DNA of 64,000 nucleotides from Clostridia bacterium (lineage in GTDB: Bacteria > Bacillota > Clostridia > TANB77 > CAG-508), in assembly GCA_045643205.1 (NCBI GenBank), contig JAZUKI010000003.1, forward strand, positions 128,001 through 192,000. The letters run 5' to 3'. The notes beneath the pieces were generated by a model. That model had not been told where the DNA came from. It was given only the letters and a program-made list of their open reading frames with translations, and made no database searches. Position numbers and translations under genes: made by a program. Below, piece after piece: positions 20,200 to 31,095 of this stretch. Position 1 is the stretch's first letter, and every line of letters starts with the position of its first letter.

Positions 20200-20730
20200 A
20201 TGGAAGAAAAAAGAGAAAAGAAAATTAATTTGTTTTCAGTAATTTTAATATTAATCATTTTAATTTTGATAGCAGGATTAGTATGTATATTTATAGAAAA
20301 CAAAAAATTGAATCAACAATTAAGCGAACGTAATAATACTAATGAGATAACTAATAATACTGAAACTAATTCAATTAATACTTATAAAGTTGAAAACATA
20401 AAAAATATATATGATGCCTATGTAGATGAAGATAGTAATCTTATAAAAGCTCAAAAAATAGTTAAAGAGCTTATAGATACAGTAAATAATAAAGACTGGT
20501 ATTACTTAGCAAAAATAGTTGGTACAGATGCAGATGACTTTATAAAATATGATATTTGTAATTATAATGTTAATGTTGACGATTACCAAGAACTTGGCAA
20601 TAAATATGTATTCAATGAAACATATGAAACAACAATAGACACTAAGTCAGTAGGATTAGGAAAATTACTAATAATAACATTTGAAGATAGTGATAGTATA
20701 AAAATAGATGTAAATTGTACTGGGCTATAA
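20200..20730 (+). CDS. hypothetical membrane-anchored protein
   Basis: GAGGTG RBS, N-terminal TM helix. Confidence 0.75.
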   Translation: MEEKREKKINLFSVILILIILILIAGLVCIFIENKKLNQQLSERNNTNEITNNTETNSINTYKVENIKNIYDAYVDEDSNLIKAQKIVKELIDTVNNKDWYYLAKIVGTDADDFIKYDICNYNVNVDDYQELGNKYVFNETYETTIDTKSVGLGKLLIITFEDSDSIKIDVNCTGL

Positions 20731-20824
20731 AAGTAAGATAAAATATATGAATTAAATATTATACTTTAAAACAAAATGGAATGGATAAGATATAAAATTA
20801 TATATCAAATCCACTCCATTTTAT

Positions 20825-21802
20825 TTATTGCTGAACATCAGAGAGAATCTCGGGAATTTTCGAATAATATGACCATGAAATCAAAGTTTCATTTAATAAA
20901 AAGGTCTTAGTTAATTCAGAAAATTCTTTCTCTTTCCCCTTATATTGGCAATAATTTAGTAAAGTTTCTTCTTCAGAATTTACTAAATTAAATAGCATTT
21001 GAGGATTTATTTCCTCAATTACATTAAGTAATATAGCGTAGTACTCTAGATTATCAACAAAAACATCAAATGCAGATAACCTAACGCCATATACAACTTC
21101 ATCTGTATAAATTTCAGATAATGTTGTATTAAAATCATTTTTTAAAGCTGTTATATCAGAAGAAATATAACAACTTAATAATTTTTCTTCTCCAAATGCC
21201 TCAGCCAGTAAACTAGCAATATGAGTCTCATACTCATATACACATGAAGATTCTGGATAAGGATATACTTTAGAAGAAAAATAATTTGTTAATCCCTCTG
21301 ATAACGAATATCCAAAACATTTGCCTTGATATTCGTATTTGCAACCTAACATAGCATCGTTATTGTCAGAGAGATAATGCAACATCTCATGGGCAATTAC
21401 TGGGATGCTATTAGTTGAAAAATCATCGCTTACAAAAATCGTTTGATATTTGTAAGAATATAATCCATGGATTTCCATGGATGATGAACCATAGTATTTT
21501 GCTAAATCTTTTTTAGATATAATCCTATACCTGGGTTCATCTTTATTCAGCTTATAATAATCACATAGATTGTTATAAATTTCATGCATTTTATTAAGCA
21601 CATCTTTTGATGGCTCTATTGACTTAGCTAGAAGAAAATCATCTGAATAAGATTCTTCAGAAATATCTTCTGTATTGGGGCTTACTAATGCACAAGGTAT
21701 ATAGTAATCTCTGGGATCTAATGCCTCTGCTATAACAACAGCGATAAATGATACTACAAATATTAAAAGAACAGTAATAATAATTAATTTTAATTTCTTC
21801 AT
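20825..21802 (-). CDS. putative secreted zinc metallopeptidase (gluzincin-like)
   Basis: Signal/TM segment, HEMLH zinc motif followed by LSEGLT third ligand. Confidence 0.7.
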   Translation of the reverse strand: MKKLKLIIITVLLIFVVSFIAVVIAEALDPRDYYIPCALVSPNTEDISEESYSDDFLLAKSIEPSKDVLNKMHEIYNNLCDYYKLNKDEPRYRIISKKDLAKYYGSSSMEIHGLYSYKYQTIFVSDDFSTNSIPVIAHEMLHYLSDNNDAMLGCKYEYQGKCFGYSLSEGLTNYFSSKVYPYPESSCVYEYETHIASLLAEAFGEEKLLSCYISSDITALKNDFNTTLSEIYTDEVVYGVRLSAFDVFVDNLEYYAILLNVIEEINPQMLFNLVNSEEETLLNYCQYKGKEKEFSELTKTFLLNETLISWSYYSKIPEILSDVQQ

Positions 21803-22052
21803 AACTTTATTCTCCTTAAAATGTATTTTTTATAATGTATAATAAAGTCAATTAAACTCCAATTGGCGAAAAAAGAAATAAAATCTATATAAAATGGCAA
21901 ATAATGCCAAACAAGTAAATTATAGCACAAAATATTTTAAAATGCAACCTATTATGTAAACAACACAACTATATATTTTATACTAATATGAATATCTAGC
22001 TTACTAAAATCAATATAGAATTTTTTATAAAAGTATGAAATAAGAATAAAAA

Positions 22053-22080
22053 AGACTTGAAACATTACAGTTTCAAGTCT
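22053..22080 (-). terminator. terminator downstream of tRNA-Pro
   Basis: AGACTTGAAAC/GTTTCAAGTCT stem, T tract on the minus strand. Confidence 0.7.
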
Positions 22081-22084
22081 AAAC

Positions 22085-22160
22085 TGGTCGAGGCGACAGG
22101 GATCGAACCTGCGACCTCATGGTCCCAAACCACGCGCGCTACCAACTGCGCTACGCCTCG
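22085..22160 (-). tRNA. tRNA-Pro(TGG)
   Basis: Reverse complement CGAGGCG...TTTGGGA anticodon loop...GTTCGAT...CGCCTCGACCA; 76-nt cloverleaf with encoded CCA. Confidence 0.97.
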
Positions 22161-22420
22161 ACATATAATAAAGTTTTATTGCGTACTTGATTAATATAGC
22201 ATATTTTATCTGTAAAATCTAGTCTTTTAATTAAAATAATTAAATTATTTGATATTTACTATATATAATAGTAGAAAATTGATTATATAAATAGAAGACA
22301 TTTTAAACTTAACTATCAAATTACGAAAAAAATGGTGCTTTTGCGAAACATCTGTGATATAATGCATGTGTTCGTTAGAAATAACTAATTGAATTTTCGA
22401 AAATGAAAGGAAGAAAATAT

Positions 22421-23920
22421 ATGAAAGTTTTATTTTGTTCTGGTTTCTCATTATTTGGAACTGGTTCAGGTACTCTTATAAGAACACAAACAGATTCATT
22501 CTTAAATCATGGTGACGAAGTTGCTATTATTTCTTGTGAGAATACAACAGAGAATGTTACTAAAGATGATGGAGTTAAGTATTATCCAGTATATTTCACA
22601 TCACCTGAAGAAGGTGCTGAAAAAATAGAGGGAGCTTTCCCATTTAACTTCCCAATGTTCACAGGTAGTACTGTTTCTACAGAAAACTTCTGGAGCATAG
22701 ATATTGAAAAAATAAAAGCTATTATGGAAAAGTATCAAGCTACAGTTCATCAAGCTATTGAAGAATTCAAACCAGATGTTATCTTCGGACAACATTTATG
22801 GATTCATTCATATTTAGCAATGAAAGAAGCTAATGGAAAAATTCCAGTTGTTACAACAATTCACGGAACAGACCTTAAAGGTTATGGAGAAAAGATTCCT
22901 GAATTCATGAAAACAGCTTCAGAAACAGATAAAAAGAAATTTGAAATTTATAAAAAGTGTGCAGAAGATGCAGCAAAGATGGGTGATAAGTTTATCGTTA
23001 TATCAAATGCACAAGAAAAAAGATTTAAAGAACTTTATCCTGATCAAGCAAGCAAAGCTGAACTTGTTAGAAACAGTTATAATGCAAATAAATTCTTTAG
23101 AATTAAAGACAAATCTAGAGAAGAAATTATTGATGAAGTATTTAGCAAAATTCAAGGACATAACAATCCTGAAACATTCGATCTAGATAATGATCCTAAT
23201 GCAGTAGAATTACCAAGAGATTTCGATAAGCTAGCAATGTTTGTTGGAAAATTTGTTGAATTCAAAGGTGTTGATTCATTAATTCACGGATGGAAAGAGG
23301 TTGAAGAAAAAGAAATGGCTAAAGGAAAGAAACCATTATGTATTGTAATTGGTGCAGGTCCTTTAGGAAAATCATTAAGAGAAGAAGCAGCTAGAGTTGG
23401 TACTCAAACTTTATACTTTGTTGGAAGACAAGGTCCTGAAATTATTAACCCACTTCACAATGTTTCTAATGTTGCTATGGTTCCATCAATTCATGAACCA
23501 GATGGATTAGTTGTTAAGGAAGCTTTAGCCGGAGGAGATCCTGTAATTGGTGGAAACTCAGGTGGTATTCCAGAAACATTAGCTCCAAATCCAGGCGAGA
23601 ACTTTGTTGTTGATCAAGAACATGGCGTAATTTGCACACGTTTAGGAATGTTATTCCCAAATGAAATAACAAGAGAAATTAAGCCTGATGCAACAGATGA
23701 AGAATTAGAATTAACAAAAATTGAAGCTGGAAAAGCAATTGCTATTGCAACAGAATACATTTTTGATGAAAAGGTTAAATTTGATAAAGATGTTTTAGCT
23801 CAAGATAATATGGTTTATAGTCCAGATAACAACTACAAAGATTTATGCAAAGTATTTGAAGCAGCAGGTGTTAAAATAGATAAAAAAAAACCAGTAGATA
23901 AAACACCAGACGAAAAATAG
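22421..23920 (+). CDS. glycosyltransferase family 4 (GT-B fold)
   Basis: TIHGTD, FVGKF..FKG, PSIHEPDGLVVKEALAGG motifs; start after AAAGGA RBS. Confidence 0.85.
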   Translation: MKVLFCSGFSLFGTGSGTLIRTQTDSFLNHGDEVAIISCENTTENVTKDDGVKYYPVYFTSPEEGAEKIEGAFPFNFPMFTGSTVSTENFWSIDIEKIKAIMEKYQATVHQAIEEFKPDVIFGQHLWIHSYLAMKEANGKIPVVTTIHGTDLKGYGEKIPEFMKTASETDKKKFEIYKKCAEDAAKMGDKFIVISNAQEKRFKELYPDQASKAELVRNSYNANKFFRIKDKSREEIIDEVFSKIQGHNNPETFDLDNDPNAVELPRDFDKLAMFVGKFVEFKGVDSLIHGWKEVEEKEMAKGKKPLCIVIGAGPLGKSLREEAARVGTQTLYFVGRQGPEIINPLHNVSNVAMVPSIHEPDGLVVKEALAGGDPVIGGNSGGIPETLAPNPGENFVVDQEHGVICTRLGMLFPNEITREIKPDATDEELELTKIEAGKAIAIATEYIFDEKVKFDKDVLAQDNMVYSPDNNYKDLCKVFEAAGVKIDKKKPVDKTPDEK

Positions 23921-23939
23921 AAAACAAAAAATAAAATAA

Positions 23940-23981
23940 AAAAGGCGGTACAATGTTTAATTCATTTAAGCCGTCTTTTTT
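23940..23981 (+). terminator. intrinsic terminator
   Basis: AAAGGCGG...CCGTCTTT stem with T run. Confidence 0.6.
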
Positions 23982-24057
23982 GTGCTATTAAAGGTTGAAG
24001 AAAAAAAATTGAAATAGTATAATATTAAACAGCATTTATAATAAAGTGGAGGATTTT

Positions 24058-26022
24058 GTGAAAAAGGAATTAGATAAGACTCAGATTCATGCTAGAGAGA
24101 AAAAATCAAAAAGAATGAAAAGAATTAGACGACTATGTATAATAGCCGCTATTATTGTGATTATAATTATTATAAATATAGTTAATTCAGCCAAACAAAA
24201 ACATTATGCAACAACAGAATTAACCCAAATTCAAAAAAGAGATATGGCAACATCAATTGGTGCAACAGGAACAATTTCTACAGAAAGCACAAAAAATGTT
24301 ACATCAACATTAACAGGTTTTGAAGTTAAATCAGTATTTGTTTCTGAAGGACAACAAGTTACTAAGGGCGAAACAATCGCAACATTTAATGTGGATGAAG
24401 TTAAGAAAAACTTATCAAAAATTAAGTCAGCAACAAGTTCACAAAATGTTTCTAAAAAAGATGATAAAACAGCTGAAACATTAACAAACAGAGCAAATGA
24501 AGAAAAAGAGGAAGTAGAAAAACAAATTACTGAAACTAAGAAAAAATTAGAAGAAGTAAGAACAAAAAGAGATGCAAGTACAACAAAATTAAATGAATAT
24601 AAACCTACATACGATAAAGCAAAAGCTAAATATGACCCAATTAAAAATGATTATGATGAAAAAGTTAAAGCAAGAGATGCAGCAAAGAAAAAATATGACG
24701 AGCAAAAAGCAATTGTTGAGGCTATAAAAATAAATCAAAAGCTTCCAGAAGGAACTACAAATACAATTACAAACACAATTGCAAATAATGTTTCAAACGA
24801 AATTGCAAACAAGATTGAAACAGTAGTTAATGGAAATTTAGATGAAGAAGAAGCTAAATTACCAGCATTAGAAAAAGCATATAAAGAAAAAGACACAGCA
24901 GTTAAAAATGCAAAATCAAAATATGATAGTGAAACAAAAACATTTAAAGAGATAGAAAAAAAGTACATTGAATTGCAAGGAGAAAAAACACTTACAGATG
25001 CAGCTGTTACTACAGAAGAAGCAATATTAAAACAACAAGAAAAGACTGTAGAAAATTTAGACATGGTAATTGATACAATTCAAAAAGGAAGCAGTGCACT
25101 TGATACAAGTAGCATACAAAGTATGTTATCAGGAGCTGATTCATTAAGCTCAATTACATCAAGCATGAGCGGATTAACAGGCTTAACAAATATTGCAGTT
25201 ACTCCTGAGCAAATGCAAAAACAAATTGACAGTGCATCAATTAAAGCACCAGTTAGTGGAACAATAACCTATGTTGGTGTTAAACCTGGTGATACATATA
25301 TGGGATCTACAATTGTTACAATAGATAACACAGAAGCCTTTGTAATAGATGCAGAAGTTAGCGAATATGATATTCCAGACATTAAAGTTGGAATGGATGT
25401 TAAGATAAAAACAGATGCAACAAGAGATGAAATACTAGAAGGAAAAGTTACATATGTAGCACTTTCATCAACAAACACAGAAAAAGCAAGTGGTGTAGGT
25501 TCAGCAGCAGGATATGGTTCGCTTTCATCTTTAGCTTCAACATTTTCATCAATGACTGCAGGAGTAAGTTCAACAAATGCAAAATATAAAATCAAAATTG
25601 ATATAAACACTCCAAGCGATAGATTAAGAGTTGGAATGAATGCTAAAGCAAGCATTATTACAGATAAGAAAGAAAAAGTTTTAACAGTACCATATGAAGC
25701 AGTAATAAAGAGAGAAGACAATACTCACTATATTAAAGTAGTAAAAGATGGCTATGATATAGATGAAGCTGTTAGAAAATTAAAAGAATTATTAAATCAA
25801 CAAGAAGATACAGAAAAAAGAGAGACAACAACTGTTCAAACAGAAACATTAGAAAACATGATTGAAGAAATTGATGTAGAGATTGGTATTGAAGGATCAT
25901 ACTATACAGAAATCTCTTCAGATAAAATCAAAGAGAACATGTATATTATTGTTCCTGAAATAGAAACAAACAACACCATCAAAGAATTAATTCAAATGAT
26001 GGGTGCAGGCGCAGGTGTTTAA
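24058..26022 (+). CDS. efflux adaptor subunit (HlyD/MacA/YknX-like)
   Basis: TM anchor, lipoyl half-motifs (VFVSEGQQVTKGE, IKAPVSGTI), long coiled coil; GTG start after GGAGG. Confidence 0.85.
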   Translation: MKKELDKTQIHAREKKSKRMKRIRRLCIIAAIIVIIIIINIVNSAKQKHYATTELTQIQKRDMATSIGATGTISTESTKNVTSTLTGFEVKSVFVSEGQQVTKGETIATFNVDEVKKNLSKIKSATSSQNVSKKDDKTAETLTNRANEEKEEVEKQITETKKKLEEVRTKRDASTTKLNEYKPTYDKAKAKYDPIKNDYDEKVKARDAAKKKYDEQKAIVEAIKINQKLPEGTTNTITNTIANNVSNEIANKIETVVNGNLDEEEAKLPALEKAYKEKDTAVKNAKSKYDSETKTFKEIEKKYIELQGEKTLTDAAVTTEEAILKQQEKTVENLDMVIDTIQKGSSALDTSSIQSMLSGADSLSSITSSMSGLTGLTNIAVTPEQMQKQIDSASIKAPVSGTITYVGVKPGDTYMGSTIVTIDNTEAFVIDAEVSEYDIPDIKVGMDVKIKTDATRDEILEGKVTYVALSSTNTEKASGVGSAAGYGSLSSLASTFSSMTAGVSSTNAKYKIKIDINTPSDRLRVGMNAKASIITDKKEKVLTVPYEAVIKREDNTHYIKVVKDGYDIDEAVRKLKELLNQQEDTEKRETTTVQTETLENMIEEIDVEIGIEGSYYTEISSDKIKENMYIIVPEIETNNTIKELIQMMGAGAGV

Positions 26023-26115
26023 TTAAGTAAGAACATTAGAAATTTAATTTTAAATAAGAGAAACTTAATTTTCGACAGCCGTTGTAGATTACTTTAATTT
26101 TAAGAGGACGAAATT

Positions 26116-26982
26116 TTGAAAGAAATAATAAGTTTAAAAAACATTGTTAAGAAATTTTATATTGATCAACCTAATGAACTTGAAATTCTTCACGGAATTT
26201 CGCTAAAAGTTTATGATGGTGAATTTGTTTCAATCGTTGGACCATCTGGTTCAGGAAAATCAACTTTGATGAATGTTATTGGAGCATTAGATAGACCAAC
26301 ATCAGGAGAATATATACTGGATGGAATTGATGTAGAAGAATCAGATGACCTTGAAATTTCAGCAATAAGAAACCAAGAAATAGGATTTGTTTTTCAAACA
26401 TACAACTTGATTTCAAAATCTAATGCTTTAAAAAACGTTGAATTACCAATGCTTTACGCAGGGGTAAAAGCAGAAGAACGTAAAAAGAGAGCAATGGAAT
26501 TATTAAAGCTTGTTGAAATGGAAGAAAGAGCAAAACATTTACCTGAAGAATTATCAGGAGGTCAAAAACAAAGAGTCGCAATAGCTAGAGCAATGGCAAA
26601 CGATCCAGCAATAATACTTGCAGATGAGCCAACCGGTGCACTAGATAGTAAAACAGGAAGATTAGTTATGGACTTGTTCCATAAATTAAATGAGCAAGAA
26701 GGGAAAACAATTATTTTAATAACACACTCAAATGAACTTGCAAGAGAAACAGATAGAATAATTTCGATTCGTGATGGCAACATCGAAAGCGAAGAAATTT
26801 TAAAACCTGAAAAATACAAAGACATAGAGATTGATAAAAGCAATCTTAACAATAAAATAGAAACAAATAATATAAAACCAAAGAAAACTAGAACAAGAAA
26901 AAACAAAAAAGAAATAATTAATAAAAAAACAGACGATGAAATAATAAAAAACAATGAAGAAACAGATAATGAGGAGAAGTAA
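26116..26982 (+). CDS. MacB/LolD-type ABC ATP-binding protein
   Basis: GPSGSGKST, LSGGQKQRVAIARA, ADEPTGALD. Confidence 0.95.
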   Translation: MKEIISLKNIVKKFYIDQPNELEILHGISLKVYDGEFVSIVGPSGSGKSTLMNVIGALDRPTSGEYILDGIDVEESDDLEISAIRNQEIGFVFQTYNLISKSNALKNVELPMLYAGVKAEERKKRAMELLKLVEMEERAKHLPEELSGGQKQRVAIARAMANDPAIILADEPTGALDSKTGRLVMDLFHKLNEQEGKTIILITHSNELARETDRIISIRDGNIESEEILKPEKYKDIEIDKSNLNNKIETNNIKPKKTRTRKNKKEIINKKTDDEIIKNNEETDNEEK

Positions 26983-28289
26983 TGCTAATTTGGGAAAATA
27001 TTAGTATGGCCTTAGGAAGCCTAAAAGCTAATAAAATGCGTGCATTTCTAACAATGTTAGGAATAATAATTGGTATAGCAGCAGTAATAACAATTTACAC
27101 TGTTGGAAATTCTTTAACTATATCTATTTCAGAAAGTATGCAAACACTTGGAGCAAATGATATTTATGCAATGGTTTCTCCAAAAAAATCAGAGGAAGGA
27201 GAGAAATCATTAAAAGATCAACTTGATGGAGTAAAGTTTCCAAAAGTCACATCTACAAGTGAATTGCAATCTTCTGATTTAATAAGCAAAGATATGATTG
27301 ACCAAGTTTGTGAAAAATTTAAAGATGATATTTTTGCTGTTAATGTAGAAAGGATGGTTGGAATAGTTAACGCTACTGCTAATAACAATAAAACATCAAT
27401 AAATATAGTTGGCGCAAGTGCAGGATATTTCTTAACCGCAAATTTAAATGTTGTAGCAGGAAATATGTTTAACGAAAACAATATTCAAGACAAATCAAGA
27501 GTAGTAATGATTTCAGATGAAACAGTAGATGAGTTATTTGCTGGAGAAGTAGACAAAGCAGTAGGTTCAGATATTGTTTTAACAATAAACAATCAAGACA
27601 TAGATTTTACAATCATAGGTGTATATGAATTTTCAAGTTCAAATGGTATGGGTGGAGCAGGAATGCTTTCAACAATGGTAAACAGTTATGCTTATATACC
27701 AATGCCAACAGCAAATGATATTTTACATCAAGAAAATTCATATCAATACATTGAAATTATTCCAAAGACAGGAGTAAATTCTGAAAAACTTTCAAATAGT
27801 ATTGGTGAATTTTTTAAACAATTTTACAAAAATAATTCAAGCTATGAAGTAAGTGTTTTCACAATGTCAGGAATGGTTTCAATATTTACAAATTTATTGA
27901 ATACATTAACAACAGCAATTGCAATTATTGCAAGTATTGCATTACTTGTTGGTGGAATTGGCGTTATGAATATAATGTTGGTTTCAGTAACAGAAAGAAC
28001 AAGAGAGATTGGAATTAGAAAAGCGTTAGGTGCAAAAAACTCATCTATTAGAGAACAATTTATTGTTGAGGCAATGATAATTTGTTTAATAGGTGGAATA
28101 ATAGGTGTAACACTTGGTATAGTTTGCGGAAGTTATTTAACAAATCTTTTAGGATATCCAGCAGCACCTTCAATTCCAGGAATTATAATTGCATTGTTAT
28201 TCTCAATGGGTATAGGAATATTCTTTGGATATTATCCTGCAAACAAAGCAGCAAAGATGAATCCAATAGATGCATTAAGATACGAATAA
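26982..28289 (+). CDS. MacB/FtsX-family ABC permease
   Basis: LTMLGIIIG, GGIGVMNIMLVSVTERTREIGIRKALGA, PIDALRYE. Confidence 0.95.
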   Translation: MLIWENISMALGSLKANKMRAFLTMLGIIIGIAAVITIYTVGNSLTISISESMQTLGANDIYAMVSPKKSEEGEKSLKDQLDGVKFPKVTSTSELQSSDLISKDMIDQVCEKFKDDIFAVNVERMVGIVNATANNNKTSINIVGASAGYFLTANLNVVAGNMFNENNIQDKSRVVMISDETVDELFAGEVDKAVGSDIVLTINNQDIDFTIIGVYEFSSSNGMGGAGMLSTMVNSYAYIPMPTANDILHQENSYQYIEIIPKTGVNSEKLSNSIGEFFKQFYKNNSSYEVSVFTMSGMVSIFTNLLNTLTTAIAIIASIALLVGGIGVMNIMLVSVTERTREIGIRKALGAKNSSIREQFIVEAMIICLIGGIIGVTLGIVCGSYLTNLLGYPAAPSIPGIIIALLFSMGIGIFFGYYPANKAAKMNPIDALRYE

Positions 28290-28320
28290 AATACTATAAA
28301 ATAACAAAGGAGGAAAATAT

Positions 28321-29700
28321 ATGAGTGATTTATTATCAAAAAACAAATCAGGATGGTTAACAGCTTCTGATGATGATAGAGGAGCAATCTATGATTTCGC
28401 AAGAGGTTACATGGATTTTATTGGATCATCAAAAACAGAAAGATTAGTAGTTGAACACGCTGAACAAATGGCAAGAGAACATGGATTTAGACATATTGAT
28501 GAATATGGTGAACTACATGCAGGTGATAAAGTTTATTTTAATAATAGAGGAAAAAATTTATATCTAGCTATTATTGGAAATAGAAGTGTTGAAGAAGGTT
28601 TAAACATTATAGGATCACATGCAGATTCTCCAAGACTTGATTTAAAACCACAACCACTTTATCAAGATGGTGACTTTGCATTCATGAATACACATTACTA
28701 TGGTGGAATTAAGAAATATCAATGGACAACAATTCCATTAGCAATTCATGGTGTAATTATCAGAGCAGATGGAGAAAAAATTCAAGTTCATATAGGAGAA
28801 GATGATAGCGACCCTGTATTTGTTGTTTCTGACTTATTACCACACTTAGGCAAAAAACAAGCACAAGAAAAATTATCAGATGCAATCAAAGGCGAAAAAC
28901 TTGATATCATGGTTGGAAGCATACCAGCTGATGAAAGCGACAAACAATCAATCAAAGAAAATGTAATGAGAATTTTAAATAGCAGATATGGCATCACAGA
29001 AGACGACTTCACAAGTGCGGAACTCGAACTTGTTCCAGCTTTTAAAGCACGTTCATCTGGATTTGATGAGAGTTTAGTTGCAGCTTATGGACAAGATGAC
29101 AAAGTTTGTGCTTATGCTTCACTAAGAGCAATGATGGAAATTGAAAATCCAGAAAGAACTGCAGTATGCATGCTTTCAGATAAAGAAGAAATTGGAAGTA
29201 TGGGTAATACAGGAATGGAATCACATGTTTTTGATACATTCATTTCTGATTTATTAAACAAATTAAACGTAAATAGACCAAACTTATTAGATAAAGTATT
29301 TTGCAATTCAAGAATGTTATCAGCTGATGTTGATGCAGGTGTTGATCCACTTTATGCAGAAGTTAATGATATGACAAATGCAGGATTTGTAGGACATGGA
29401 TTAGTATTAAATAAATATACTGGATCTGGTGGAAAATACAATGCTTCTGATGCTAATGCAGAATATGTTGGATTTGTAAAGAAAATTTTTAGAGATAACA
29501 ACATTAAATATCAATTCTCTGAACTTGGAAAAGTTGATGAGGGTGGCGGAGGAACAATCGCATACATCTTAGCAAACAAAGGTGTAGATGTAATTGATTG
29601 TGGTGTTCCTGTAATTTCAATGCACTCACCATACGAAATCACAAGTAAATTTGATATTTATGAAGCATATAAAGGATACAGAACATTCTTTAGAAGCTAA
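28321..29700 (+). CDS. M18 family aminopeptidase
   Basis: SHADSPRL, QDD, DKEEIGS, SMHSP metal-ligand motifs. Confidence 0.9.
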   Translation: MSDLLSKNKSGWLTASDDDRGAIYDFARGYMDFIGSSKTERLVVEHAEQMAREHGFRHIDEYGELHAGDKVYFNNRGKNLYLAIIGNRSVEEGLNIIGSHADSPRLDLKPQPLYQDGDFAFMNTHYYGGIKKYQWTTIPLAIHGVIIRADGEKIQVHIGEDDSDPVFVVSDLLPHLGKKQAQEKLSDAIKGEKLDIMVGSIPADESDKQSIKENVMRILNSRYGITEDDFTSAELELVPAFKARSSGFDESLVAAYGQDDKVCAYASLRAMMEIENPERTAVCMLSDKEEIGSMGNTGMESHVFDTFISDLLNKLNVNRPNLLDKVFCNSRMLSADVDAGVDPLYAEVNDMTNAGFVGHGLVLNKYTGSGGKYNASDANAEYVGFVKKIFRDNNIKYQFSELGKVDEGGGGTIAYILANKGVDVIDCGVPVISMHSPYEITSKFDIYEAYKGYRTFFRS

Positions 29701-29776
29701 AAAATACAGTCCTAAGGTTTGGAACTATACTTAAAAATAAATTTATATAGAAACTATTTTAAAATTAGAAATAATA

Positions 29777-29819
29777 AAAAAGAGCAAGATTCGAAAGTAC
29801 TCGAAAATTGCTCTTTTTT
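29777..29819 (+). terminator. intrinsic terminator
   Basis: AAAAGAGCAA...TTGCTCTTTT stem. Confidence 0.7.
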
Positions 29820-29922
29820 GCTGGTAAAAATCTATTAAAAGCCTTGATAATTCTTGCTTTATAAAGTTAAAAATGATAGTATAAAGAAGCAGTAAAACAC
29901 TGATTTTAGAGAGGGGTTTATC

Positions 29923-31095
29923 ATGATAGAAATAAAAAATGTGACTAAAAAATATGGCACATTCGCAGCAGTAGATGATATTAGTTTTGAAGTTAATGAT
30001 CGTGAGATTGTAGGATTTTTAGGACCAAACGGTGCTGGAAAATCAACAACAATGAACATGATCACAGGTTTTATCGAGCCTACAAGCGGAAAAATTATTG
30101 TTAATGGATATGATGTTTCAAAATCATCAAATAAAGCTAAGAAACAAATAGGTTATATGCCAGAAAATGTTCCACTTTACAATGATTTAACAGTAAAAGA
30201 ATTTGTTTCATATATGTGCGAACTTAGAAAAGTTCCAAAGAAAGATAGAGATCTTCAAATCAGAAAAATCATTAAAAGAGCAGGATTAACAGATGTTCAA
30301 GACAAACTAATTAAACATATATCAAAAGGCTACAAACAAAGAACAAGTCTTGCAGGAGCACTAGTTGGTGAGCCTGATGTTTTAATTCTTGATGAACCTA
30401 CAGTTGGTTTAGATCCTAAACAAATAACTGAAATCAGAAATTTGATAAAGAAACTTGGCGAGAACCATACTGTTATTTTAAGTTCACACATTCTATCAGA
30501 GGTTAGCCAAATTTGTTCAAAGGTTGTTATTATTAATCATGGAAAAATTGTTGCAATTGATACACCTGAAAACCTTGAATCAAAACTATTAGAATCAGAT
30601 GTAATCATACTTACAGTTGAAGATCCAGAAAACAATATGGCAACAATAAAATCAAAAATTAAATCATGCAAAGAAATTCACAAAATAAAAACTTTACCAG
30701 ACGGAACAATTCAATACAAAATTATTTCTGATAAAAATGCAGAAACTAATAAAGAATTATTTGAGATTTTACCAAAAGAAAACATTACAATTTGTGAATT
30801 AAGAAAAGAGCAAAGTAGCTTAGAGGATGCATATTTAAAGATTATAAATGAAAAAGATGAAGAATTAGCTAAGGTTGAAAGACGTGAAAAGAGAGAAAAA
30901 CTTGCTAGACAACGTAAGTTAGATTCACTTGATTTATTAGAAAGAAGAAAATTAATTCGCGAAGAGAAACGTAAGAAACAAGATGAGATTGATAAAGAAT
31001 TCTTCGACAACTTAATGGAAGAAAATAAAGTAAGAGAAGCTAAAAAGAAGAGAAAACAATTAGAAAAAAAGAACAGAAAGGAGGATAAAAAATAA
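29923..31095 (+). CDS. ABC ATP-binding protein (GldA-like)
   Basis: GPNGAGKST, SKGYKQR, LDEPTVGLDP; charged C-terminal extension. Confidence 0.9.
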   Translation: MIEIKNVTKKYGTFAAVDDISFEVNDREIVGFLGPNGAGKSTTMNMITGFIEPTSGKIIVNGYDVSKSSNKAKKQIGYMPENVPLYNDLTVKEFVSYMCELRKVPKKDRDLQIRKIIKRAGLTDVQDKLIKHISKGYKQRTSLAGALVGEPDVLILDEPTVGLDPKQITEIRNLIKKLGENHTVILSSHILSEVSQICSKVVIINHGKIVAIDTPENLESKLLESDVIILTVEDPENNMATIKSKIKSCKEIHKIKTLPDGTIQYKIISDKNAETNKELFEILPKENITICELRKEQSSLEDAYLKIINEKDEELAKVERREKREKLARQRKLDSLDLLERRKLIREEKRKKQDEIDKEFFDNLMEENKVREAKKKRKQLEKKNRKEDKK

